DNA from: an uncultured delta proteobacterium
GTDB taxonomy: Bacteria; Myxococcota_A; Polyangia; Polyangiales; Polyangiaceae
DNA: 64,000 nucleotides
NCBI GenBank assembly: GCA_963782055.1
Contig: CAWAIF010000003.1
Span: 4,096,001 to 4,160,000, forward strand
Reading direction: 5' to 3'
Shown here: positions 52,383 through 63,207 of the stretch, one piece after another
Layout: each line of letters opens with the position of its first letter
How positions within the stretch are numbered: position 1 is the stretch's first letter
Notes under the pieces: model-generated
Told to the model about the DNA's origin: nothing
The model's database searches: none
The model's input: the letters and a program-made list of their open reading frames with translations, nothing else
Program-made: the position numbers and the translations under genes

Positions 52383-53369
52383 ATGAATCGCCGAGCGCTC
52401 GTCTTCGTCGTCGGCGCGATCTTCGTGGCCGGCGCGATGATCCCCGTGGGGGGAAACGCGGCACCGGCGACGACCCCGCGCGTCGCAGGGCTGGACCTCT
52501 CCTCGTTTTCGGCCAACGGGCCGGCGACGAAGACCGACCTCCTCTTCATCCATCACTCGTGCGGCGGGCAGTGGCTCGCCGACGTGGGCGGCGGCCCGGA
52601 CGGAGACGGCCAGCGCGAGAAGTGCATCTACGCCCACCACCCCAACGGCGGGGAGCTGCGCGCCCACCTGGAGGCGCAGAACTACGTGGTGCACGAGGCC
52701 TCGTACGGGAGCGAGGTCGGCGATCAGACGGACATGTTCGACTGGCTGCCCAAGTTCCGCGATCACATGGACAAGGTGCTGACGGTCGACGAGGACGACC
52801 GCTACCTGCCCCCCGGCCGCAGCAACAAGGTGGTGATGTTCAAGTCGTGCTTCACCAACAGCGACTTCGTCGGCATGGGCGCGCCCCCCGGCGACCCGCG
52901 CGGCCCCGCTCTGACGGTGGCGAACGCCGAGGCCACCATGAAGGCCGTCCTCGCCGAGCTGGCGAAGCACCCCGACGTGCTGTTCGTGTACGTGACGGCG
53001 CCGCCCCTCGCCCCCAATCCGCCGGTCCCCGCGTGGAGGGCGCTCGCGCGCGTGGTGAAGCACGCGCTGCTCAAGACAGGTCACCTCCCGCCGGACGAGA
53101 GCGGCGCCCTCGCGCGCACCTTCGACGACTGGATGAAGTCGCCCGACGGGTGGCTGAAGGGCTACGCCCGCACCAACGTCGTGGTGTTCGACTACTTCGA
53201 CGTCCTGACCGGGAACGGGAAGCAGAACGTGCTGGCGTACCCCTCCGCGCCCGGCGACAGCCACCCGGCGAGCACCGGAAATGAGCAGGCCACCGCGGCG
53301 TTCGTGCCCTTCGTCAACCGCGCTTGGCATCGCTTCGCGGCCGGGGACGGCGCCCTCGCGCAGCCCTGA
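52383..53369 (+). CDS. Secreted hypothetical protein, SGNH-hydrolase-like
   Basis: Signal peptide; LFIHHSCG, VVMFKSCF, FVYVTAPP, VFDYFD.L, GDSHP...G. Confidence 0.65.
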   Translation: MNRRALVFVVGAIFVAGAMIPVGGNAAPATTPRVAGLDLSSFSANGPATKTDLLFIHHSCGGQWLADVGGGPDGDGQREKCIYAHHPNGGELRAHLEAQNYVVHEASYGSEVGDQTDMFDWLPKFRDHMDKVLTVDEDDRYLPPGRSNKVVMFKSCFTNSDFVGMGAPPGDPRGPALTVANAEATMKAVLAELAKHPDVLFVYVTAPPLAPNPPVPAWRALARVVKHALLKTGHLPPDESGALARTFDDWMKSPDGWLKGYARTNVVVFDYFDVLTGNGKQNVLAYPSAPGDSHPASTGNEQATAAFVPFVNRAWHRFAAGDGALAQP

Positions 53370-53387
53370 GCGCGCCTCTCCCGCCGG

Positions 53388-54083
53388 TCAGCTCGCCGTG
53401 CCGGCGACGACGCGGACCTCTCCGTTCGCGTCCTGCAGCGCGCGCACGTCGCGGTACGCCCGCGCGCGCCCGAAGAGCAGGGAGACCTGCTTGCCCTGCC
53501 CCTCGCCCAGCTCGAACAGCAACGACCCGCCGGCGCGCAGGAAGGGCCGCGCCTCGCGGAGCACGCGCTGGTGGATGGAGAGGCCGTAGGGTCCGCCGTC
53601 GAACGCCTCGCGCGGCTCGTGCTCGAGCAGCGGCGCGCGATCCCGCACGAGTCGCGCCGTGGAGATGTACGGGGGGTTGCAGACGATGACGTCCACCCGC
53701 CCCTCCAGACCGAGCCCGGCGAGGGGGGCGAAGAGGTCGCCCTGGGCCAGGTGCACGCGCTCCTCCAGCCCGTGGTGCTCGACGTTGCGGCGCGCCAGCG
53801 CGACGCACGGCTCGGTGAGGTCGCACGCCCACACGCGCGCCTCCGGGACGTGCACGGCGACGGCACAGGCCAGGTTGCCGCAGCCACAGCACATGTCGAT
53901 GACCAGCGGGGGCTCGGCGCCCGGCGCCCGCGCCCGCACCGCGTCCACGGCGGCCTGGCCGAGAAGCTCGGTCTCCGGGCGCGGGACGAGCACTCCTTCC
54001 CCCACCAGGAGATCGATCCCCATGAAGTGCGTGCGCCCTTCCTGCAGCACGTCCTCGACCCCTGCTTGCACGATCTCGTTCAT
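53388..54083 (-). CDS. HemK/PrmC-family N5-glutamine methyltransferase lacking the N-terminal domain
   Basis: VLVPRPETE, DMCCGCG, GDLF, CNPPYI, HEP..A.DGG..GL, FELG..Q, D.NG..R. Confidence 0.85.
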   Translation of the reverse strand: MNEIVQAGVEDVLQEGRTHFMGIDLLVGEGVLVPRPETELLGQAAVDAVRARAPGAEPPLVIDMCCGCGNLACAVAVHVPEARVWACDLTEPCVALARRNVEHHGLEERVHLAQGDLFAPLAGLGLEGRVDVIVCNPPYISTARLVRDRAPLLEHEPREAFDGGPYGLSIHQRVLREARPFLRAGGSLLFELGEGQGKQVSLLFGRARAYRDVRALQDANGEVRVVAGTAS

Positions 54084-54143
54084 GGCAGCCTCGCACTCCG
54101 GAAAATGTTGCTGGATGCGCTCCCCATGGATGAGCACCCATCG

Positions 54144-54167
54144 GGTGCACGAAGCGGTGCACGAAGC
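54144..54167. repeat. Perfect 12-bp tandem repeat GGTGCACGAAGC x2 in a divergent intergenic region
   Basis: Seen directly. Confidence 0.85.
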
Positions 54168-54247
54168 GCGCCACAGCGCGGCGCTGGGAGGACGCGCTCG
54201 CCGGGCACGTTGGACTTCGCGCGGCACGTCGGGCACGATCCGCGCCG

Positions 54248-54631
54248 ATGCCCGGGGCCCCGCAGCGAACGACCGAGCGCCGCAGCGCGAGCCGCGCGGT
54301 GACCTTCGTCATCCTGGCGGCCGCCGCGGCGCTCGTCGCGCTGGGCATCGTGCTGCTGCACCGCGAGCCGCAGGCGGGCACCGGCGAGACACCCACGCAC
54401 GAGCTGACGACGCCGCGCCGTGCGTCGACGCGCGCCGCCACGCGCGTGACCACCGGCCTGGACACCGTCGGGCCGGCGGCGCTCTCCACACCCCCGGCCC
54501 CCGTTGTCTCCGCCCTCGCCGACGCCAGCACCCCGGCGACGCCCGACGGCTTGATCCCGGGCATCCCTTCACGCAGCCTTCCCACTCACCCCCTCATCTT
54601 CCACCACCCCGACGCCGCCCCGCCTGAATGA
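54248..54631 (+). CDS. Small single-pass membrane protein with low-complexity Thr/Pro tail
   Basis: VTFVILAAAAALVALGIVLL TM segment; its stop overlaps the next ATG. Confidence 0.55.
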   Translation: MPGAPQRTTERRSASRAVTFVILAAAAALVALGIVLLHREPQAGTGETPTHELTTPRRASTRAATRVTTGLDTVGPAALSTPPAPVVSALADASTPATPDGLIPGIPSRSLPTHPLIFHHPDAAPPE

Positions 54632-55497
54632 TGCGCCCCCGCCTGCTCCTCGCCCTCCCCCTCTTGCTGCTGGCATGTTGCAAGCATTCCGGCACCGGCC
54701 GCGCCGCGGACCTCGCCGACACGCTGGCGAAGGCGACGCCGGCGGTGGACTCCGACCTGCCCGCGTGCACCGAGGCCACCGCGGCGAGCTGCCTGGACAC
54801 CCTCACCAGGGACTTCGGCGGCGCCCGGTTCGACGACCGGCGCCCGGACCAGGCGTCGGCGGCCGCGATCGCCGTGCTCATCGCGCGCGATCACCACGGC
54901 TCGTGGTCGAAGCCCAGCCTGTCGTGGACCATCGCCATGCGGCAAGGCAGGGGATCCGGCGGCGACGCCCTCCGCCTGGCGACCGCCCGAGCGATGGCGA
55001 GCGTCGCCGGCAAGCACGCCCGCGCGATGGTCACCGACGACGACGCGCGCGCCTTCCTGGGCGACGTCGCCGCCTCCATCCCCGCCGCGTGCCAGACCTA
55101 CGCCGCGCTCGCCCGCGGGGAGACGAACCTCCCGCCGGAGGAGGGCCCCAACAACGCGCGATGCGTGCAGCTCGACCTGATGCGCAAGACCGGACCCGGC
55201 GGCGCCTACGGCCAGGGCCTGTGGCGCGCCGCCGCCGGCGCGCTCGCGGTCTGGAAGGACACCGTCGACGCCCTGGAGGGCGGCACGAAGCTCATGAGCG
55301 GCGACCGCAAGGCCGCGGTGGACCGCGCCCTCGCCACGCTTCAGGACGCCACCCCGAAGATGAGCGTCAAGCAGGTGGCAGCGCCCGCGGGCAACGCGTG
55401 GAACGCGACGATGGGCGAGCACCAGGACGCCGGCGTCATGCCGACCGACGCCGCCGCGCCCGTGCCGGCAGGCCGCCCGGGTCACGGCGCGCGCTGA
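54628..55497 (+). CDS. Hypothetical helical lipoprotein
   Basis: MRPRLLLALPLLLLACC lipobox; GC3-rich codons. Confidence 0.75.
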   Translation: MMRPRLLLALPLLLLACCKHSGTGRAADLADTLAKATPAVDSDLPACTEATAASCLDTLTRDFGGARFDDRRPDQASAAAIAVLIARDHHGSWSKPSLSWTIAMRQGRGSGGDALRLATARAMASVAGKHARAMVTDDDARAFLGDVAASIPAACQTYAALARGETNLPPEEGPNNARCVQLDLMRKTGPGGAYGQGLWRAAAGALAVWKDTVDALEGGTKLMSGDRKAAVDRALATLQDATPKMSVKQVAAPAGNAWNATMGEHQDAGVMPTDAAAPVPAGRPGHGAR

Positions 55498-55501
55498 GAC
55501 A

Positions 55502-57322
<1,821 letters not shown>

Positions 57323-57387
57323 CTTGGTCTTGCGGGTGGAGGAGAGGACGCCACCACTTTACGCAAGAGCCGCCAGCACGAAAAGGA

Positions 57388-59334
57388 TCACGGCATGGCG
57401 TCGTGGACGGTCGCGTCACCTTGCCGCAGCTCGATGAACTTGGACGTCGGGACGTTGTCGAACGTCTGCTCGTCCAGCGCCTGGTTGGGCCAGCGCACGG
57501 TGACCGAGTCCACCGTCGCGCAGTCACCGAGGCCGAAGGAGAGCACGGTGTCGTTCTGCATGGACATGTGGCCGTAGCTGCCGTCCAGCTCCTTGACCAG
57601 CGTCTCGCCGCCGGCCTTGACCGTGACGCGCGCGCCGATGCCGGTCTTGTTGGTGTCGGTGCCGTTGCCGACGAGCCGCATCTCCAGCCACTTCTGGATG
57701 CCGGTGCCCTTGTTCTCGTAGAAGTGGACCTCGTTGGTCTTCCAGATCTTGGAGCAGTCGCGCGCGGTGCCGGAGCCGACGACCACGTCCAGGTCCCCGT
57801 CGCGATCGAAGTCGGCGATGGTGAGGCCGCTCATGCACGCGTGGTGCAGGCCCCACGCTGCCCCCACCTCCTCGAAGGTGTGGTCGGGCTTCTGGTGGAA
57901 GACCAGGCCGTACTGGTCGGGGTAGTCGCTCGCGGCCACCACCAGGTCCTGCAGGCCGTCGTTGTCCAGATCGCCGCCGGCGACCATCAGGCCGCCCTCG
58001 TTCCAGTCGGGCGTCGGGTGCGGCCAGGTCATGCCGGTCGCGTCGTTGCCCGGACGCTCGAAGGAGATGGTCCCGTCCGCGCTGGTGTTGTGGAGCAGCT
58101 CGGAGCTATCCCCGTTTTCGCCCGCCCACCAGTGGTGGATCTCGGCGGAGTAGAGGTCGAGCTGCCCGTCGTTGTCCAGGTCGGCGCAGTAGGTGGAGAA
58201 GGTGTTGCCACCCAGGCGCCAGGGCTGATCGTCGGCGCCCTTCTGCCAGCTCGAGTCCGCCGGGGTGGGGCACTGCACGAGCGGCAGCGCGACGCCGGCG
58301 CACTCCGGGTCGGTCTTGTTGACCGTGCACCAGCACCGGAAAAACTGGTTGTCGGAGTAGTCCAGCTTGTCGTCGGCGGCGTAGCCGCTCGCCTGCCCGA
58401 CCTCGTTGAAGGCGCCGGAGCCATCGTTCTGGTAGAGCAGGTTCCACTGCCGGCCGTAGGCGCTGACCATCAGCTCCGGCGAGCCGTCGCCGTCCAGATC
58501 GCAGGACGTGACGCCGTACGAGGGGCGGTGGTTCTTGCCCTGCGCGTAGTTGGTCGGCTGCGTCGTCAGGCCGGCGGGCCCGGTGTTCGTCTTGAACGTG
58601 CCGTCGCCCTGACCCATGTACAGCTGCGCCTGCACGCCGAGGTAGCTGTAGCCGTAATTTTCGTACCAGAAGCCCACGAACAGGTCGAGCTTGCCGTCCC
58701 GGTTGACGTCGGCCATCGTCGCGCCGGTCGTCGGGAGGAGCTGGTTGGCCGCGGGGTGCGGGTCGGAGATGGGGGCGAGGGAGAAGTGACCCTTGCCATC
58801 GTTGAGCATGATCTCGCTGCGATCGCCCGGGTCGGTCTCGGGGTGCTGCGGGTCGACGTAGGTGCCGCTGAAGACGTCCAGGTCGCCGTCGTTGTCCACG
58901 TCGCCGAGGCTGGCGAGCTGCGCGGAGCGGTACTCGGTGGTGGACCCGCCGCGCACCTGGAACAGCCCGCTGTCCCCGGTGGCGTCGACGAACTGCCGCC
59001 CTTGCCCGTTGGCGCGCGGGCGGTTCATCAGCACCGACACCAGCTTGGGGGGCGTGCCAATCTGCTCGCGCTTGTTGCTGTCGATCGCCTCGACGATGAG
59101 GTCGGGGTAGCCATCCCCGTCCAGGTCGGCGCTCACGATGCGGTTGCCCACCACCGAGGCGAGTCCCCAGTCGGCGGTCGCGTCGACGAAGGTGGTGCCC
59201 CCGCCGGCGTGGACGTCGCAGGTCGGGCCGGCGTCAGGCGTCGGCTGGGTCTGCTGCGGGTCCGAGGAGCACGCAGACGCGACGAGGAAAGCGGGGAGGA
59301 GGAGGGCGAAGGGGGCAAGGTGCAAGGATCGCAT
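57388..59334 (-). CDS. CRTAC1-family lipoprotein (FG-GAP repeats + ASPIC/UnbV domain)
   Basis: ASAC lipobox; repeated DxDxDGxxD; C-terminal IGARVTV...SFGLG...VRWP. Confidence 0.9.
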   Translation of the reverse strand: MRSLHLAPFALLLPAFLVASACSSDPQQTQPTPDAGPTCDVHAGGGTTFVDATADWGLASVVGNRIVSADLDGDGYPDLIVEAIDSNKREQIGTPPKLVSVLMNRPRANGQGRQFVDATGDSGLFQVRGGSTTEYRSAQLASLGDVDNDGDLDVFSGTYVDPQHPETDPGDRSEIMLNDGKGHFSLAPISDPHPAANQLLPTTGATMADVNRDGKLDLFVGFWYENYGYSYLGVQAQLYMGQGDGTFKTNTGPAGLTTQPTNYAQGKNHRPSYGVTSCDLDGDGSPELMVSAYGRQWNLLYQNDGSGAFNEVGQASGYAADDKLDYSDNQFFRCWCTVNKTDPECAGVALPLVQCPTPADSSWQKGADDQPWRLGGNTFSTYCADLDNDGQLDLYSAEIHHWWAGENGDSSELLHNTSADGTISFERPGNDATGMTWPHPTPDWNEGGLMVAGGDLDNDGLQDLVVAASDYPDQYGLVFHQKPDHTFEEVGAAWGLHHACMSGLTIADFDRDGDLDVVVGSGTARDCSKIWKTNEVHFYENKGTGIQKWLEMRLVGNGTDTNKTGIGARVTVKAGGETLVKELDGSYGHMSMQNDTVLSFGLGDCATVDSVTVRWPNQALDEQTFDNVPTSKFIELRQGDATVHDAMP

Positions 59335-59417
59335 GGGAGATCACCCTGATTTTCCACCAAGATCGCCCGCGCTTCCATATCTTCTTATTTGCCGTGAGCC
59401 GGAACGTACCTCCCACC

Positions 59418-60707
59418 ATGTCGGAGCACCCCTCCAAGCCCGCGCCCGGTTCGGGACCTCAGCCCTTCCTGTGGGGCACCGCCACCTCGGCGCACCAGGT
59501 CGAGGGCGGCAACGACGCCAACGACTGGTGGGACTGGGAGAACCATCCCGGCCGGATCCACGACGGCTCGCGCTCCGGCGCGGCGTGCGGGTGGTGGGCC
59601 GGCCGCGCGGAGGAGGATCTCGCGGCGGCGGCGAAGCGCGGGCAGAACGCCCATCGCCTGAGCGTGGAGTGGAGCCGCCTCGAGCCGGAGCCTGGCCGCT
59701 TCGACGACGCCGCCTTCGACCGCTACCGCGGCATCCTGGAGGCGATGGGGCGCCTCGGCCTGACGGCGATGGTCACCCTCCACCACTTCACCTTGCCCCG
59801 CTGGGTGGAGGCGCGCGGCAGCTTCACCTGGTCGGGCATCGTCCCGGCGTTCGAGCGCTTCGCCGCGGAGTGCGGCAGGCGCCTAGGCGACCGCGCCACC
59901 CTCTTTTGCACCATGAACGAGCCCAACGTGCTGGCCTTCCTCGGCTACGTGGGCACCGAGTGGCCGCCCGCGCTCGGCCACCTGCCGAGCGGCATGCGCG
60001 CCCTCGCCACCATGCTGCGCGCCCACGCCGCGGGCTACCGCGCCCTCACCCGCACCGCGCCCAACGTGCCCGCCGGGATCGTCCTCAACCTCCCGGACTT
60101 CGAGCCGGCGACACGCTCCCCGCTCGACGCCGGGATCGCCCGCGCGCAGGACTGGGCCTTCGGCGGCGCGGTGCTCCACGCGCTGCACACCGGCGAGCTC
60201 TTGCCGCCGCTGGCGATCACCCCGCGCAAGGAGCTCGGGCTCGCCCGCACGTTCGACTTCCTCGGCCTCAACTACTACGGGCGCTACGCCGTCCGCTTCG
60301 ACCTGGGCGCGCGCGATCGCCTCTTCGGCGGCTTCGACCGCTCGAAGACGGTGCACACCGCGCACAACGACTGGGGGGAGATCGCGCCGCAGGGCCTGAC
60401 CCACCAGCTGCTGCGCCTGCGCCGCTACGCGGTGCCGCTCTACGTGACCGAGAACGGCGTGATGGACCGCGAGGACGCGCTGCGGCCGGCGTACCTGCGC
60501 GACCACGTCACCGCCGTGATGCGCGCGAAGGAGCGCGGCGCCGACGTGCGCGGGTACTTCCACTGGTCGCTGGTGGACAACTTCGAGTGGGCGGAGGGCT
60601 GGTCGGCGAAGTTCGGGCTGATCGCGGTGGACCCCGCGACGCAGGAACGCCGACCCCGCCGCAGCGCCGACGTCTACGAGGAGATCTGCCGGCGCGGGGG
60701 CGTGTGA
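59418..60707 (+). CDS. Glycoside hydrolase family 1 (beta-glucosidase-like)
   Basis: FLWGTATSAHQVEG, R.SVEWSR, TLHHF, NEP acid/base, LNYY, TENG nucleophile, WSLVDNFEW. Confidence 0.94.
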   Translation: MSEHPSKPAPGSGPQPFLWGTATSAHQVEGGNDANDWWDWENHPGRIHDGSRSGAACGWWAGRAEEDLAAAAKRGQNAHRLSVEWSRLEPEPGRFDDAAFDRYRGILEAMGRLGLTAMVTLHHFTLPRWVEARGSFTWSGIVPAFERFAAECGRRLGDRATLFCTMNEPNVLAFLGYVGTEWPPALGHLPSGMRALATMLRAHAAGYRALTRTAPNVPAGIVLNLPDFEPATRSPLDAGIARAQDWAFGGAVLHALHTGELLPPLAITPRKELGLARTFDFLGLNYYGRYAVRFDLGARDRLFGGFDRSKTVHTAHNDWGEIAPQGLTHQLLRLRRYAVPLYVTENGVMDREDALRPAYLRDHVTAVMRAKERGADVRGYFHWSLVDNFEWAEGWSAKFGLIAVDPATQERRPRRSADVYEEICRRGGV

Positions 60708-60717
60708 GCCCACGGCC

Positions 60718-61176
60718 GTGATGGGCTACCTGGTGTGGTCGGCGCTGCAGCAGGCGTCCGACGGGGACGCGCGCATGCGCGCGGCGCAGCGCGCCTGGAT
60801 GGCGCACGCGCAGCGGCAGGCGCTCATCGCGCAGTTTCCCTACTTCAACCCCGGCCACGACTGGGAGATGGCGACCTACCACGACCGCCGCGTCGGCTTC
60901 ACCGTCGCGCTGCCGGGCTACCCGCGACCGCTGCCGGTGACCCCGCACGGCGCGTGGGGCTGGCAGGAGCAGGCGACGGCGCCCCCGGAGCCGCCGGCCG
61001 ACGCGCTCCTCGGCCTGTCCGACGTGCCGGTGGGCGTGCGCTTACCGCGCCGCGAACGCGCCCGCGGTGCGCGAGCCGACGGTGGACCAGCTCCGCGGCT
61101 GGGGCGTGGGGGCTGCGGCGAGCGCGGCCTACGACCTCGCCCGCCCCGACGCTTACGGCGCGGACCGCGAGGTGAG
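60718..61176 (+). pseudogene. Frameshifted and truncated hypothetical gene
   Basis: Coding-like codons to CGC at 61039-61041, then an extra T (CGC T TAC); coding-like sequence continues in the +1 frame (YRAANAPAVREPTVDQLRGW...) and runs into the repeat element. Confidence 0.5.
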
Positions 61177-61178
61177 CG

Positions 61179-61761
61179 CTCCCTCTCGCGCCCGCTCACG
61201 TACATGGGGGCGCGGGCGCGGGCGCGAGGGCGGGCGCGAGCGCGAGGGCGGGCGCGAGCGCGAGGGCGGGCGCGGGCGCGGGCGCGAGGGCGGGCGCGAG
61301 CGCGGGCGCGGGCGCGAGCGCGAGCGCGGGCGCGGGCGCGGGCGCGGGCGCGAGCGTGTGGAGAAGAAGGAGCTCGCTCGGGATGGGGTATCGTCCCGGC
61401 CTTGCGGACTCCGAGCACGGCGGGACGATGACCTCCGCCCGAGCGAGCCCCCTCCCTCACGCGCTCCCCTCCCTCACGCGCTCCCTCCCCCCCCTCGCGC
61501 TCCCTCCCCCTCCCGCGCTCCCCCTCCCTCCCGCGCTCCCTCTCCCTCCCGCGCTCCCTCTTCCCCTCGCTCTCCCTCTCCCTCTCGCGCCCGCTCTCCC
61601 TCCCCCTCTCCCTCCCCCTCTCCCGCGCTCACAAGAGAGAAGCGCGGGCGCGGGCGCGGGCGCGGGCGCGAGCGCGGGCGCGGGCGCGAGCGCGAGCGCG
61701 GGCGCGGGCGCGGGCGCGAGCGCGGGCGCGGGCGCGAGCGCGGGCGCGGGCGCGGGCGCGG
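61179..61761. repeat. Composite palindromic low-complexity element: G(G/A)GCGC hexamer tracts, central hairpin, C/T-rich 18-mer tract
   Basis: Hexamers 61208-61356 and 61641-61761; IR GCTCGCTCGGG 61372-61382 / CCCGAGCGAGC 61438-61448; pyrimidine tract 61448-61630. Confidence 0.9.
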
Positions 61762-62514
61762 TCAGTCCGCCTCCGCAGCCCCCACCACGTGCAGGTTCGC
61801 CCGCGATTGCACGAACACCACGCTCCGGGTCCCCGCCTTCGCCGGCTGCGTCACCGTGCCGTGGTACGCCCTGCCGGCGAGCGACCCGAGCCTCCGCAGC
61901 GATCGCACCACCGGGCCGTGCTCCAGCGTCAGCCCGCCGTTCTCCCCGCGCGTCACGTGCGTGGAGAGGCCACGCTCCACCACCGCGAGGAGCACGTCCG
62001 CCGCGCTCGCGTCCGCCACCCCCGCGCCGTTCACGTCCACCCGGAGCGTGTCCCCCGCGCGCACAAGCGTCACCTTCGCCTTCGGCGTGCGGGCCGCCAG
62101 GGCGATGGCCCGCTCCGCCGCCGCACCGCGCGAGCCCACCAGCTCGCTCGCGCCGTCGATGACCATCTGCGGCGTGTAGACGCCCGCGCCCACGAAGGAC
62201 CGCGCGTAGGCGCGCTGCCGGTCGGAGAACGCCGCGCTGGAGAAGGGATCCGTCCAGCCGAGGCGGTTCCAGTAGTCGACGTGGAGCTCCAGCGCGATGA
62301 CGTGCGCCCCCGCCACTGGCTGCTCCCGGTCCAGCCGCCGCAGCTCCTCGTCCGCCGGCGGGCACGAGGAGCACCCCTCGCTGGAGAAGAGCTCCACCAG
62401 CACCGGCGCGCGCGGCCCGGCGGGCGCCGCCTTCGCCGCGCGGTGGTGAACGGCAGCCCCCGTGGCGATCGCCGCCGCGCCCACGCCCAGCCCGAGGAGC
62501 AGCCATCCGCGCAC
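61762..62514 (-). CDS. DUF1223 family thioredoxin-like secreted protein
   Basis: VELFSSEGCSSCPPAD, HVDYW..LGW.DPFS, RQ..Y, YTPQMVIDG, GENGG..L.H..VVR. Confidence 0.92.
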   Translation of the reverse strand: MRGWLLLGLGVGAAAIATGAAVHHRAAKAAPAGPRAPVLVELFSSEGCSSCPPADEELRRLDREQPVAGAHVIALELHVDYWNRLGWTDPFSSAAFSDRQRAYARSFVGAGVYTPQMVIDGASELVGSRGAAAERAIALAARTPKAKVTLVRAGDTLRVDVNGAGVADASAADVLLAVVERGLSTHVTRGENGGLTLEHGPVVRSLRRLGSLAGRAYHGTVTQPAKAGTRSVVFVQSRANLHVVGAAEAD

Positions 62515-62568
62515 GAGGGGTCTACGCGCGAGCCGCGCGCCGGTTTCGCGCGGCCCGGGAGGAGACCT

Positions 62569-63102
62569 TCACTTCGGGAGGGGCGGGACCACCACGGTGT
62601 TGATGGGCTTCACGCTCGCGCCGCCGGGGTAGGCGTAGCTCACGTAGCTGTCCCAGCCCCACACGGTGATCCCGAAGGGCGCGTCGCTGTGGATCTCGTG
62701 CAGGCCGTTGTCGCACTTGCCCACCGGCGCCTTGTTCTTCACCAGGTCCACGTACGCGTACTCGTACGGCCCGACGGCCTTCCACCCGCCCACGTCCCCC
62801 ACGCAGTCCAGCGTCACCGGCTTGAAGGTGTTGTCCTTGGCCTTCACCCGCACCAGCACCACCGTCGTCCAGCCCATCGTCGGGTCGGTCATGAAGAGGT
62901 ACTTGGCCAGGTACTGCTTCGGCGGGATGACGTTGACGAACTCGGGGTCGCCGTTGCCGCCGAAGTTGTCGCCGCCCAGCATGTGCGCGGAGATGTAGAA
63001 GGGGTGCTTGTCGTCCTGGCTGGTGACGATGAACGGCCCGCTCGACTTGAAGTTGACCACCTGCCGGCTGTTGAGGCTCGTGGGCCGTCGACCTTCCCGC
63101 AT
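62569..63102 (-). pseudogene. C-terminal fragment of an IgGFc-binding-domain protein
   Basis: GDPEFV..IP..QY...Y.F.TDP, HEIHSDAPFGITVWG..SY.SYAYPGG; no signal peptide or N-terminal part. Confidence 0.65.
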
Positions 63103-63207
63103 CTTCCCACGCGTGCACAGCACCAAACCGGTTGGAGCTCACACCGATGTGCGCCGACGCGCCGACGCGCCGCGGCGCGCGCTGCCGCGCTGCGCTATGC
63201 TCGCAGG

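Noticed and set aside
61208..61761. CRISPR array, or genuine poly-(RA)/(GR)/(GA) proteins from ORFs crossing the repeat
   Set aside because: No constant repeat with unique spacers and no cas genes; the dipeptide ORFs are by-products of stop-free hexamer tracts
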